Source of the DNA: Ruditapes philippinarum
Taxonomy: Eukaryota
DNA: 57,201 bases
NCBI RefSeq assembly: GCF_026571515.1
Contig: NW_026858783.1
Coordinates: 124,001 to 181,201, forward strand
Reading direction: 5' to 3'
Shown: in pieces, positions 11,080-22,377 of the stretch
How the letters are laid out: every line of letters starts with the position of its first letter
Position numbering within the stretch: the first letter of the stretch is position 1
The notes under the pieces: model-generated
What the model was told of the DNA's origin: nothing
Seen by the model: only the letters and a program-made list of their open reading frames with translations
The model's database searches: none
Position numbers and translations under genes: made by a program

Positions 11080-12359
11080 ATGCCTCGTCCGAAAAGGAAA
11101 CTTCCCCTTGCTGGACAAGTTGATCAACGTCGTCAAAGGAGGAGGGCAGCTGCAGCTTCCCCCCCTTTTTTCTGGGCCTAATGTCCCTGCTCCACATACT
11201 AATTATACACCTCATCCGCTGGCAAGTAGTGTACCTGCTCCATTATACTCTAGTGGGAATCAACATTTTCAGTGTGCGGAACCTCCTCCAACAGCTCATG
11301 GCTCTGTCGCATCATATGCAACTGCAAGTAGAAACGAAGACTTTCAGTTTCCTCCACCTGGCTTTTCTGCTCCACAAATTAATAATACATCTGATCCGCT
11401 GGCAAGTAGTGTACCTGCTCCATTATACTCCAATGGGAATCAGCAATTTCAGTGTGCGGTACCTCCTCCCGCAGCTCATGGCTCTGTTGTTTCATATGCA
11501 AAAGCAAGTAGAAACCAAGACTTCCAGTTTCCTCCACCTGGTCCTAGTGTTCTTCAACCACACCCTGATATTTTGGATCAGCCTCCAGTTATGGCAACAC
11601 CTGCTGATCATAGTTTAGGTAACCTTTTTCCTTTACATTCTGTTTGTACCAATATGTGTATGCATATTTCACAAAAAATTAAAGAGCAAGTCTGGTCAGG
11701 TGAATATATTGATTTAGGATTACTGTTACAAAAAGAACCATTACCAGACGCTCAGTCTATTAAAGTTTTAAATGGCAATATCGTATTAGACAGTAGTCCA
11801 AAAATACATGAAATGAAGAACATAAGTTGATGGACTGACGCATTTTTATTCTTGTTTGTTCTTTGTTCTTTATTCATTTTTATTATATATTCACATAGTT
11901 ATTATGAAAAGTCCCTCTCTTGCCTCGGAGTTAATACAGTACATGCACATGGTCCGCCTAGCTGCAAAACGTAATTCATTTGGCTGGCTTTATTATGATA
12001 AAGCTTTTCGGCAGAAAGAAGCTATGCATGCCGATATGAAATGGTCCTCTATTGATTGCGAACTTTGGTTGCTTACAATGACTGGTACTTCACATGTTAG
12101 ACAGCCTCAAAACCAGTTATATAAATATAACTTATGTTTATTCTTTAATAATAAAGGCTTTTGTACAAAGTCTGGGTTCCCTTATCAGCATCTCTGAAAA
12201 AATTGCAGAGGTCCCCATTCAGCTAGTTCATGTGGGATTCGAACCTCAACTTCTATGCAAAATCCGTTAAATAATTTCAGGCCTAGAGTCGTTAAACCAC
12301 AAGGCCCAAGATTTAGTGCTCCTCGAGCGTTTGTTGGAGTTAGGCGCATCACCAATTGA
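11080..12359 (+). pseudogene. Ngaro gag-like ORF1 (disrupted)
   Basis: ATG at 11080 (MPRPKRKL), Pro-rich region, KIKEQVWSGEYIDLGLLL, WTDAF, GWLYYDKAFRQK, WSSIDCELW, and a degenerate C-terminal Cys/His finger (CLFFNNKGFC...YQHL*KNCRGPHSASSC). Frameshift at the C/T run ~11160 and stops at 11828 and 12195. Confidence 0.85.
11187..11541 (+). repeat. 180-bp (60-aa) tandem duplication inside Ngaro gag
   Basis: ggcaagtagtgtacctgctccattatactc occurs at 11221 and 11401; peptide PLASSVPAPLYS...DFQFPPPG occurs twice. Confidence 0.93.
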
Positions 12360-13920
12360 CATAAAACGTTTAAAGATATGGTTAAAGGGTTATGAGGTTG
12401 CTGAACAAAAATATCTTTTGAATGGCTTTAGAAAAGGATTTGGACTCCAGTACTCTGGCCAACAGATTAGTTATGAATCAAAAATTTAAAATCTGCCATT
12501 TTAAATCCAAAGGTATTAGAGGAAAAATTAATTAAAGAAGTTGAACTGGGTCGGATTTTAGGCCCATTTAATGAAGAACCATTTTCTAATTTAAGAGTCA
12601 ATCCTCTGGGATAAGTCCCCAAAAAATCGGGGGGTTGGAGATTGATTACTAACCAGTCTCATCCTATAGGCAATGGAGTTAATGATTTTATTGATTCAAA
12701 GTATTGTCAGTTCATTACTCCAAGTTTGACAATGTTATTGAAAAAAATTCAAATATTGGGTAAAGGGACTGAACTTGGTAAACAAGATATTTCTTCTGCC
12801 TTTAACCTGTGTCCAATTAGGCCAGAGGATTGCCCACTGTTGGGGATCAAATATAAAAACAGATACTGGATACAAAAAATGCTGCCTCAGGGTGCATCAA
12901 TAAGTTGTGCAATATTTGAACGGTTTTCTTCCTTTATCCAGTGGGCAGTTTCAAATTATACAAAATCTTCTAACATTGATCATTATCTAGATGATTTTAT
13001 TTTTTTTGGTAAACCTGGAACTAAAGACTGTTCTAAGTTGATGTCGGATTTTAAACATATCTGTGATGACATGAACATTCCACTAAATCCAGATAAGTCT
13101 GAGGGTCCAGTTACTGTCCTTACCTATTTAGGTTTTATACTTGATACAGACAAATTGGAAGTCCGTATTCCACTGGAAAAAATAGAGAAGGCTAAAGATT
13201 GTATTAATGAAATTATTCATAAGAAAAAGGTCAGGCTAAACAAATTCCAGTCTGTTGTTGGTCTTTTAAATTTCTTTACAAGAGTGATTCCTTCAGGTCG
13301 AACATTTAATTGTGGTTTATACAAAGCAATGTCCCAGGCTTAACGCCCAAATCATTTCATTCGAATTTCTTCCTCAAACAAAGGGATTTAATGGTGTGGC
13401 TTCATTTTTTAGAGCATTATAATGGTATATCAGTTTTCAGCAACCTTGATTGGGTGTCCGATAAAAAGCTTCATTTATATACTGACTCTGCTGGAAATAG
13501 AAATTTGGCCTGTGGAGCTTATTTAGATGGAGAATAGTCAGTTTCTAAATGGCCAGAGTGCTGGAGTGATGAAATTTTCAAAGACATAACCTTTTTGGAA
13601 TTAATCCCAATTGTTTTGTCATTTTATTTGTGGGATTCCAAATTAAAAGGGAAAAAATCATTATTCATAGAGACAATCAAAGTCTTGTCCAAATTATTAA
13701 CAATTTATCTTCACACAACAATCGTGTAATGATATTAATGAGACAGTTGTTCTTAAATTGTTGCTGCAAAACATTTCAGATTAAAGCAGTTCATATCGAG
13801 TCAAAAGAAAATGGTTATTTGTGATGCCATCAGTCGTCTGCAATATTTACGATTACTATCTTTATTGCCACATAATGCTTGTAAAAGTTCCACTTTCAAT
13901 TCCACAGGACTTCCAGCATT
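12331..13920 (+). pseudogene. Ngaro pol: reverse transcriptase + RNase H (disrupted)
   Basis: LLNGFRKGF, GRILGPF, VPKKSGGWRLI, KQDISSAFNLCPI, MLPQG, HYLDDF, LTYLG; RNase H LYTDSAG, DITFLELIPI, DNQSLV, AVHI, CDAISR. Multiple stops and frameshifts; boundaries approximate. Confidence 0.9.
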
Positions 13921-14807
13921 TTTGTGCCAGCGAAATTGGCCATCTTGTTGATCAGTCTTTGTCTGCCAATACGCATAGAACTTACTGTTTCTGCACTTCA
14001 AACCTTTGACAAATTCAGATGTTCACAGTTTAATAATAAAAGTTGGCCCCCGCCATTATTTCATATATTACTCATTACATAGCTTATATGTCATTAAGCG
14101 GTTATTGCATACAAAACTGTTAATTGTCATATACATTTTGTATCTGCAATCAGTTTCATAAACAAATTGTATAATTTGACAGATAACACTCAATTTTTTT
14201 TAGTCCGCAAACTTCTTGATGGTATATGAATAGATCTCAAAGGCGTAGGGACACTAGACAGACAGTTACCATTAATTTGCTACATCTTCTGGTTCACAAC
14301 CTCAAATTTGTCTGCTTGTTCCCATTATGAATCAATTTTATTTACAGCGGCATTTATGGTTGAATTTTATGCTCTCTTGAGAGTGAGTGAAATTAACATA
14401 ATTAGTAAAAAAGAAGATGTATATTTATCTGATTCACACTTGTGTCTTAATATCAGACATTCAAAGACTGATCAATTACATAGAGGTTCCATAGGGAACA
14501 TTCCATTAGATAGAAATTTGTCCGGTCAATCTCAAGGAAGTAATCCTTAATTATATGGCAGTGCGTCCCACCTCTGGCTACCAATTCCTCTACCATTTAG
14601 ATGGTTCACCACTTACGCCTTACCAATTTTAGATCTGTTTTAGAAAAAACCTTAAAATATTCAGGTATAGACTGTTCTAGACTCAAAAGTCATTCCTTTC
14701 GAATTGGTGGTGCTACTTACTGGATTATGCAAGGCGTTTCAGAAGATGAAGTAAAAAAAATGGGCAGATGCAGCTCAAACTCGTATAAGCTCTATGTGAG
14801 GCCATAG
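13921..14807 (+). pseudogene. Ngaro tyrosine recombinase (disrupted)
   Basis: SLSANTHRTY, FYALLRVSE, HSKTDQ, KSHSFRIGGAT, MGRCSSNSYKLYVRP*. The R, K, HxxR and Y residues are recognisable across frameshifts; the usual GRW is GRC. Confidence 0.9.
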
Positions 14808-14852
14808 TATAGTTAGTCCATGTTATCATTCTTTTGCATTTTTCCATATTAG

Positions 14853-15290
14853 GTGAACAGTCCAGCCATTCAGTTTGGTTGGTTGGCTCCTCAATTTTAC
14901 GAGATGCTCATCAGTATGCAAAGTGTAACAGTACATTAGGTGAACATTTACAATTTAATACAATTGGTGTAAACGTTGTTTGGCGCTATAGACCAGGCTT
15001 AAAAATTCAGCACCCTTTATAATGATATTCAATTATTAGCCACTGAGCATAATTCTTTGCAGATATTTTGTTTATTCATTGTGGAGGAAATGATTTGGGT
15101 CAAAACCAGTCTTTCCTACATTAATTATTCTTTAATGGCGTGTCTTGCAGATTTATTACATTTATTACCAGGTACGAGAACCATTTGGTCTGCTATTCTT
15201 CCTAGGCTCCATTATCGAAATGAAGAAAATCATTTCAAGTTAAATAAAGGAAGAAAACCTATCAATAGCACCATGGCACACAACTTCTGA
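14853..15290 (+). pseudogene. Ngaro accessory SGNH/GDSL hydrolase-like ORF (frameshifted, C-terminally truncated)
   Basis: Block I VWLVGSSI, block III FIHCGGNDLG (off-frame at ~15070-15100), then IWSAILPR. No DxxH block before repeat B1 begins. Confidence 0.75.
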
Positions 15291-15888
15291 TTTTCCAGAG
15301 TTTGTACATTCAATCATGTATATATATATATATTCTTTATATGTAAATTTCCAGACATCCGGAATTATGGTGGTCTGCCATATTGCCCCTTGGGATCAGC
15401 GCAGCACCAAAAAATTCTCTTGTGCATTGCAAATGTATTTAACAGCCATGGCCAAACACTGCCAAACTTATTTTATATGCATTGATTGACATTCTTAAGA
15501 ATATAATATTATTAAATTAGTTTTGTATTAATGTTATAAACCTACAGAGATTATTGTAAGACATTGATATTTACAATTACATGTATTATTATTTTATAAA
15601 GAAAATAATAATTCAAATATATTATAAAACAGTTAGCTTTACTCTGTTTTTATTATATTGTATATTTAATTGAAACCCTTTCCCTGATGATATAATATAT
15701 ATCAAGTCTTGTCTTTAGATATATTTGTTATCTGGGAGGGAAAATAACTCCTCTTACCTTAATGGTAAAATTTGATATTCATTATCGGTCTTTATAATAT
15801 GACGTCATAGTTTTATGTGTACTCACGACTAGACATTTCTGGAAACGCAGGGAGGAAGGTCAGACATTCTTTCCTCAGTTTTTAAATT
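15282..15888 (+). repeat. Ngaro internal B1 (15282-15688) - A2 (15691-15888) junction
   Basis: Sequence reads ...gaaaccctttccctgat-ga-tataatatatatcaag..., i.e. the element 3' end joined to its 5' end. Confidence 0.93.
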
Positions 15889-16677
15889 CCCTCCACACCC
15901 ACCCTTTCTATGGTCTTTTGCTGCTTTCTTTTATTGTCTATTTTCAGATTTGTCCACAACTTGGGGTTCGTCATGGCTGTCGTAACCGTTTCCAAAGTGG
16001 CTGCTCATTATGCGGGAACATGGATGCCTCGTATAGTAAAGTGTTTCACAATGGGCTTAGAATCGATGGAATGGATAAAATAGTAGTTTACGACATGAAA
16101 GTGTTCAAACTTGTGTAATGAAACATTATTATGTCTTTCAAAGGATTCAGTTTTCCTTTACATACGTACATTTTGATTAGATACCATTAATTGAAAATTA
16201 TGGCATGGAACATTACTTCTTGTGTACTGTGAACATTATTTATGTCATTGATTTATTGAAAATTAAACCCTTGCATTTAATTGTATGCATATTTAAAATT
16301 GTTTAAACTTTTTAATGCCTTACATGTAGACATACTATATTGTTAAAGATTAATGTTTAATCAATTCTTTAATTATAATTGTAACTTAATACAGTAAGCA
16401 AGTCTATCCATTTGTAAATATGTAAACTTAAGTGTAGAGATTATTAATTTGACAAAATGTTTGTTATAAGCAAAGCTAGTGTTGTCAATTGTAATCGTAT
16501 TAATCAGTTTGTTTCTTAATACTGTTTCTAATTCTATATGCAGTAAGCCCATTACTTTCAATTTCTTGAGCAGGCACTTGCGCAGATTTTTAATGCATTT
16601 GCAATGTACAAGGGTGTTTAGCAAACACAATTGTTTTTATAATTTTAAACATGATTGGATGTAGCTGTTTCAACAAG

Positions 16678-16957
16678 ATATATTTTCCAAATGTCCGAAG
16701 TGAAATATAAATTTCCGATTGTCCGGAATGAAACATAAATTTCCAATTGTCCGGAATGATACATAAATTTCCGATTGTCCGGAATGATACATAAATTTCC
16801 GATTGTCCGGAATGATACATAAATTTCCGATTATCCGGAATATGAACAAATTTCCGATTATCCGGTATATGAAAATAAATTTCCGATTATCCGGAATATG
16901 AAAATAAATTACCGATTATCCGGAATATAAAATATAAATTTCCGATTGTCTGGGATA
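16678..16957. repeat. Minisatellite, 10 copies of a 27-30-bp unit inside the Ngaro 3' region
   Basis: Consensus ataaatttccgattRtccggaat(gatac/atgaaa); each unit has the dyad ttccg-N6-cggaa. Confidence 0.93.
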
Positions 16958-16995
16958 CTTTATTACTATGTAACGCTCTCCAGTCTGAACAAAAT

Positions 16996-17398
16996 AACTT
17001 CTGATTTTCCAGAGTTTGTACATTCAATCATGTATATATATATTCTTTATATGTAAATTTCCGAACATCCGGAATTACGGTGGTCTGCCATATTGCCCCT
17101 TGGGATCAGCGCAGCACCAAAAAATTCTCTTGTGCATTGCAAATGTATTTTACAGCCATGGCCAAAGACTGCCAAACTTATTTTATATGCATTGATTGAC
17201 ATTCTTAAGAATATAATATTGTTAAATTGGTTTTGTATTAATGTTATAAACCTACAGATATTATTGTAAGACATTGATATTTACAATTACATGTATTATT
17301 ATTTTATAAAGAAAATAATAATTCAAATAGATTATAAAACAGTTAGCTTTACTCTGTTTTTATTATATCTTATATTTAATTGAAACCCTTTCCCTGAT
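16996..17398 (+). repeat. Ngaro split direct repeat B2 (3' terminus)
   Basis: 403 bp matching 15282-15688, with about 11 substitutions and a (TA)2 length difference. Confidence 0.93.
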
Positions 17399-17966
17399 AA
17401 TTTAATACATTGTACTTATATAACGTTATATCAATGCAATTTTTTTTATGATGTGTAATAGTATCAGCTATAAGTAAGTTAGAAATATACGAGTTTACAC
17501 ATTGCGCATGTCCAGTAACATATCTGGCCAGCCTCGACATCTATAAGAGTTTTCACGTCTTTTTGTTCTTTAACTTTTTGCGAGATATTCTTGATTATAA
17601 AATTACTCAACACAACCAAACAGTGACAATTATATATAGCTCAATCATGATGACTTCGTACCATACTCAATCATAACAAAATGACGTCTTTAATCAATTG
17701 GAACTATGGAATTTCTGTTATATTCACATACTTCAAAAATTTACTATTTCAAGTAACTATCTGTCATCAAAACAAAAAGAATCGCCTCCATTACAAAACT
17801 CTTTATACACGTCTTCATCATTATAATCTGGTATATGAAATATTCTTTTTAACAACAAATTTATATCTCACACACATTCCAGCAGTAAAAGATCAATTAT
17901 ATATCACTTATGTTGTTCAACATATCAAGTTATAGCTTGATATATTTTTTTCAGTATATTATAATT

Positions 17967-18194
17967 TGAGCCGTGTCACGACAAAACCAACATAATGGGT
18001 TTGCGACCAGCATGGATCCAGACCAGCCGCGCAGTCTGATCAGGATCCATCCTGTTCGCTATCAGTTTCTCTACTTGTAATAGAGTTGGTAAGCGAACAG
18101 TATGGATCCTGATCAGACTGCGCGGATGCGCAGGCTGGTCTGGATCCATGCTGGTCGCAAACCCATTATGTTGGTTTTGTCGTGACACGACTCA
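17967..18194. mobile_element. Palindromic MITE (~230 bp), copy 1
   Basis: tgagccgtgtcacgacaaaaccaacataatggg... / ...cccattatgttggttttgtcgtgacacgactca; nearly fully self-complementary. A second copy lies at 36435-36675. Confidence 0.9.
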
Positions 18195-19177
18195 TTTGTA
18201 TTCCCGCTGTTACTTTGAATAGCCCGACTGATGTTGGTAATGATCTTGACCACAAACGAAAAACCGGTACAAATTCCTACTAGTGATGACGAGGGTGGGA
18301 TAGATGTGTGTCTGTTTCAGTTCAAAAGTAATTGGAAGAAAACACAATCAATACAATTAACTATTTGCTATATTTTCTAAATGACACGGGCAGCATTTGT
18401 ACATACTTGAAATCAATAATAGAACTTGTAAAAAATCACAAATGCATCAATAGGTTCATGTTATATCCAAGGAAATATAGCTCTTTTGGAAAAATTTAAA
18501 TGTGCAAATTTTTATGATAACTATGTGAAATCATAAGTCAAGTTTATAATAGTAGTAGCATGACGTGTGAGCTGTTAAAGTATTATGTATCCAAACATTT
18601 TTTGCTTAAAATATATTGTTTGATACCTTTAGGACTACAAAAGCGTTTCATGTTTTTGCATTATTCCAAGTGTATTGTTTTGCCATAGTGATCACATTTT
18701 TAAAACCTGAACACAATAAAAAATGCTTCAAATGTAAATTGCAATCTTCAAATGGTTAAAGAGGATTTACTTAGTATCATTCAAATCAATTGCTGATTCA
18801 TTTGTTACTTGCTATAATCACGCGGTTTTCCAAAACAAATTAAAATTAGCCTATCACATTTTTAAGGATTTCAAATTTATGTACATGATTAAAAAATTAT
18901 ACGTATAACCATAATAATGCATTTTTGCCATGCTTAATGAAAATATTGCATGTATTTTATGAATTCTTTATGTATCTTTTTTTGGACTGATGGAGAAAGG
19001 GAAGAATCAATATTTGAGGTTATTTTTATGTTGCATATTCCCATATAATTTGAGTGAGTACTTTTGACGTAAACCGACGGTAAATCTTGTTTCCTTTCTT
19101 TAAACCTTAAATTTGGGACGGAATGAATAACATAAAGCATAACATTGTGGTGTTCAGACCGATGAGGCAAAAGCCTT

Positions 19178-19212
19178 TTAGTCGCCTTCTGTGAGCGAGG
19201 AGACCAATAAAT
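19178..19212 (-). CDS. TM-Pro-rich-CARD protein, last coding exon ((D)LLVSSLTEGD*)
   Basis: Acceptor aatcttttccag at 19213-19224; phase 1 matches the previous exon; TAA at 19178-19180. Short exon, so less certain than the others. Confidence 0.6.
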
Positions 19213-19478
19213 CTGGAAAAGATTATTAATGTTTTAATGTCAGGCGCTCAATTTATCCACCAAAATTGGAGATTTCAATGATGATATATGACCACAAACC
19301 TCTCCTTGATTCGCCAGACTAAGGAAACAAATAATGAGGACAATTTTTGAAGTATGGAAACACATAATTAAAAATTCGGACATATTGAGTCACAAGTTTA
19401 GATGACTTGACAATAGTAACTCCAAAGTATAAGCACCTAGACCCTACGCTTTGTCTGTGCAGATAAACTTGCACTTAC

Positions 19479-19710
19479 CTCTTTTTTGTTTATCATATAC
19501 CGTACGTGTTATTTGTTCTTCTAACATTTTGTCAAGTTGTTGTTCTATCTCATCTGTATTTAATCCCCTCTCTGTATAAGTCAAAAGGTCTGCAAGTTTG
19601 CTCTGATTTGTCATTTTAAGACGTTCTTTGAAATCTTTGTAAGCAAGTTCGCCTTTTGATCTTACTTTTGTCAAAATAGCTTCGTTTTTCTTTGTTGTAA
19701 TTGTCTCATC
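19479..19710 (-). CDS. TM-Pro-rich-CARD protein, coding exon 4 (C-terminal half of CARD-like domain + helical tail)
   Basis: ttacag acceptor, G/gtaagt donor, 232 bp, phase 0 to 1. DETITTKKNEAILTKVRSKGELAYKDFKERLKMTNQSKLADLL fits the CARD helix 4-6 pattern (KGxxAY/FxxFxxxL..Q..LAxLL). Confidence 0.82.
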
Positions 19711-20457
19711 CTGTAACAGTGTACTTGCTTTTGTAATCTTTCTATTGTAGATATACATTTTTTGAAGTTGTTTATGTAAACAAACATATATCACATAATC
19801 ACGGTCCGTAACCGCATACAAAATTATCTTTCAATTTTATTAATTATATAGGTTGCAACAATAAAATAGCCCTTGAGTAAAGTTATATTAAGGACACGTA
19901 AAAGGTAGTAATTACTAACAAGATTCACTATCGCTTAACCCATTCAATGTTTTCTTATTATTAATATATATAAGCGATATCCACATATGAATAAATTGAA
20001 ATTGCGTATACACCTTCTGTTATGGACATTATAATAGTTAGTCCTCGTAATAAAAGAAACCCATATTTTATAAAAATGTACTTGTAATAATTTTACATAT
20101 TAACCTATATTGACACTAGCAAATTATTTTCTTCAAAGGTTATATTGTCGGCCTAGGTAAGTCGGATGCCGCCTACTATCTAAGCTCTATCACTTGTGGT
20201 ATAAGAGAGAAACATTTTTTGAAGATATATTTTTCTAAAAAAAAGGGTTTTTCTAAAAAAGGTATCTATGTGACAGACTATATTCTTGACCCAAGTATTT
20301 TTGGTTCACATAATATAATGATTCAGGATTATTCCATTTTGTTTCAATTCCTGAAAAAAAAAATCAGCAGACATATAGATTTAATAATTTTAAGATGAAT
20401 TTTAAATACAAAGGCAATATGCAATGAAGCATATTATAAAAGTAGTTGATATAATAC

Positions 20458-20618
20458 CTTTATGTCCCGTCTGTCAATGCGGGAGAATAATTCGAACCCT
20501 GTGTCCAGGTCAATGATTTCATCGGGATTGAGATATGTTTTAAGCTTCCTTGTGCTTTGATCGAAGACTTTTCGCCAAACCTCGATTTCTAGTTCTGTAG
20601 ATTGTACAGCCATCCTTT
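20458..20618 (-). CDS. TM-Pro-rich-CARD protein, coding exon 3 (N-terminal half of CARD-like domain)
   Basis: Open 161-bp exon, phase 1 to 0, AG acceptor at 20619-20620, AAG/gtatta donor. Encodes (E)RMAVQSTELEIEVWRKVFDQSTRKLKTYLNPDEIIDLDTGFELFSRIDRRDIK. Confidence 0.78.
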
Positions 20619-20789
20619 CTTTATTAAAATATATTAAAAAAAAAACAACTTAAAAATATCCAAATATATGGAAATATGATTTTGATTTCGTTTCGAGAAG
20701 AAAGTAGAAGAAATGTAAATTTATTCACACATTTTTAAGCTTTGACACTGAGCTTATACAAAAGGCATTACAATTTAAACATGGAAATC

Positions 20790-21445
20790 AATGATCTGCT
20801 ACAATGATCAGCTGGCAAAGAAATCTAGTGTGGCATACCTAAATATAAAGGAAAATGTCCTGTTGGAATACTCAGCTTGCTAAGCAAAATTTTGTATAAA
20901 AATAATCTGTTGAAATAATCTGCTGTTCTGGCAATCTAGCGGGCAATCAGAATAATAGTGAAAAATGCTTTGCAGGATTAATCAGCTGGCTAAGCAATCT
21001 AGCAGGCCATTATAAAATAATCTGTAATATCATTTCTGCTGAAATGCCGAGCTGGCATAGCAATCTAGCGGGACATTCCTGAAAACAGTGTATATAATGC
21101 TTATATGTATGCTAAGCCGACAGACCAATCCAGCAAAAAATTCTAAAAATTTAAAGTCAAATTTCTCTGCTAGAATGCTCAACTGGCAGAGCAATATAGC
21201 GGGGTATGTTCTTAAAAAATGTAAAAAAAAACTCTGCTAGAAAACTCAGCTTGCAGAACAATGTTGCGGTGGATTCTTTAATATAGTATAAAATTGCTCT
21301 ACTGGAATGCTGAGTTGGCTAAATAATATAGTTGGGTATTCCTAAACTAGGGTATATCGAATCAAAATGCTCTATTCGAATGCTCAGCTGGCTAAACAAT
21401 CTAGCGGCACATTCTAAAATATTGTGTAAAATGCTCTGCTGGAAT
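20790..21445. repeat. Degenerate ~62-bp tandem repeat (~10 copies), intronic
   Basis: Recurring aatgctcagctggc.aagcaatctagcggg...aaatgctctgct units spaced ~55-74 bp apart. Confidence 0.85.
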
Positions 21446-22377
21446 AAATTTTATAATTGGAATTGTTTGACATTCAGTTATGGACATTCCAAGTCATCAT
21501 AACCACGCTATTTTACAAAAATGTAACGTTATAAAGGGCATTTGCTAGATATCATAAATGCAGTGATGGAAACTTAACTTATATAAAGGTTGAAGAAGAC
21601 CATTTCTGATTATATACACATAAGGTAGCGAAATGGTAAGGCTTCATTTTGGAATGTAATTATTTCATTTGAAAAAAAAACAAACAAACAAAAAACAACA
21701 AAAACTTCATATTAACAAAATGTAGGTTATGTAAAAATGTAATATGTTGTTCGATGCTTAAGAAGCGCAACAGTGTTCTAAAGATCTATAAAGGTCGTGT
21801 TGGACCCTGTACTTTCATATTTCTTATATGTCTCAAATACCATCGAGTTATTTTTCCGCTTCAAGTATAGCAATGATGATAAGTGCAAACTTCTATTGAA
21901 CAATATCTATGGTTGAAATCATCTCGTATTCAGAAATAGATATTGTGCTCCGACCCATACAAAACCTTCATAGCTATAACTAAGAAAGAGATGATTGAGT
22001 TCTACGCTTGCCCAATCTGATATTGTGATCCATAGCTTTTTTCAACCTAAAACAAGTGACGCTCAGCAGTAGTCCTAGTAAATAAGCCATTATCTAAATA
22101 TTATGTCTTTTTGTTGGGTCCGAGCTAAAATATACTATTTCAAACTGACCATTCTTCAAAAGTATAGTTTTTCTTTGTATTTAGTGTGGTCATTACATAA
22201 ATTTACGCTCCCCGTTTATTATATTTTTGTCCTTTTTTTTTTCGAGAAATGACGTCATTGTTATTACTTTGCATAAATATGGACGGATCATCGTTTTGAC
22301 TCTGTGTATTTTTATAGTTTGAGAGCATACTCTGTTACATAGCTTTGAAACTAAGTTGTGTCTAGGTTGTCTCTTAC

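Larger units (their letters stand above)
10309..17398 (+). mobile_element. Ngaro-type tyrosine-recombinase retrotransposon, split direct repeats A1-ORFs-B1-A2-spacer-B2
   Basis: gag(ZnF)-RT-RNase H-YR-SGNH order with no MT domain. A1 10309-10506 ~ A2 15691-15888; B1 15282-15688 ~ B2 16996-17398. Confidence 0.93.

Noticed and set aside
16678-16957. CRISPR-like array (28-bp palindromic repeats)
   Set aside because: Units are head-to-tail with no unique spacers, there are no cas genes, and the context is a eukaryotic retrotransposon.
17976-18188. 70-aa ORF
   Set aside because: Lies wholly inside a palindromic MITE with a second copy at 36435-36675.
21830-22050. Extra exon between the Pro-rich and CARD exons
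   Set aside because: The frame required by phase 1 hits a stop immediately after the candidate acceptor; the other frames also close.
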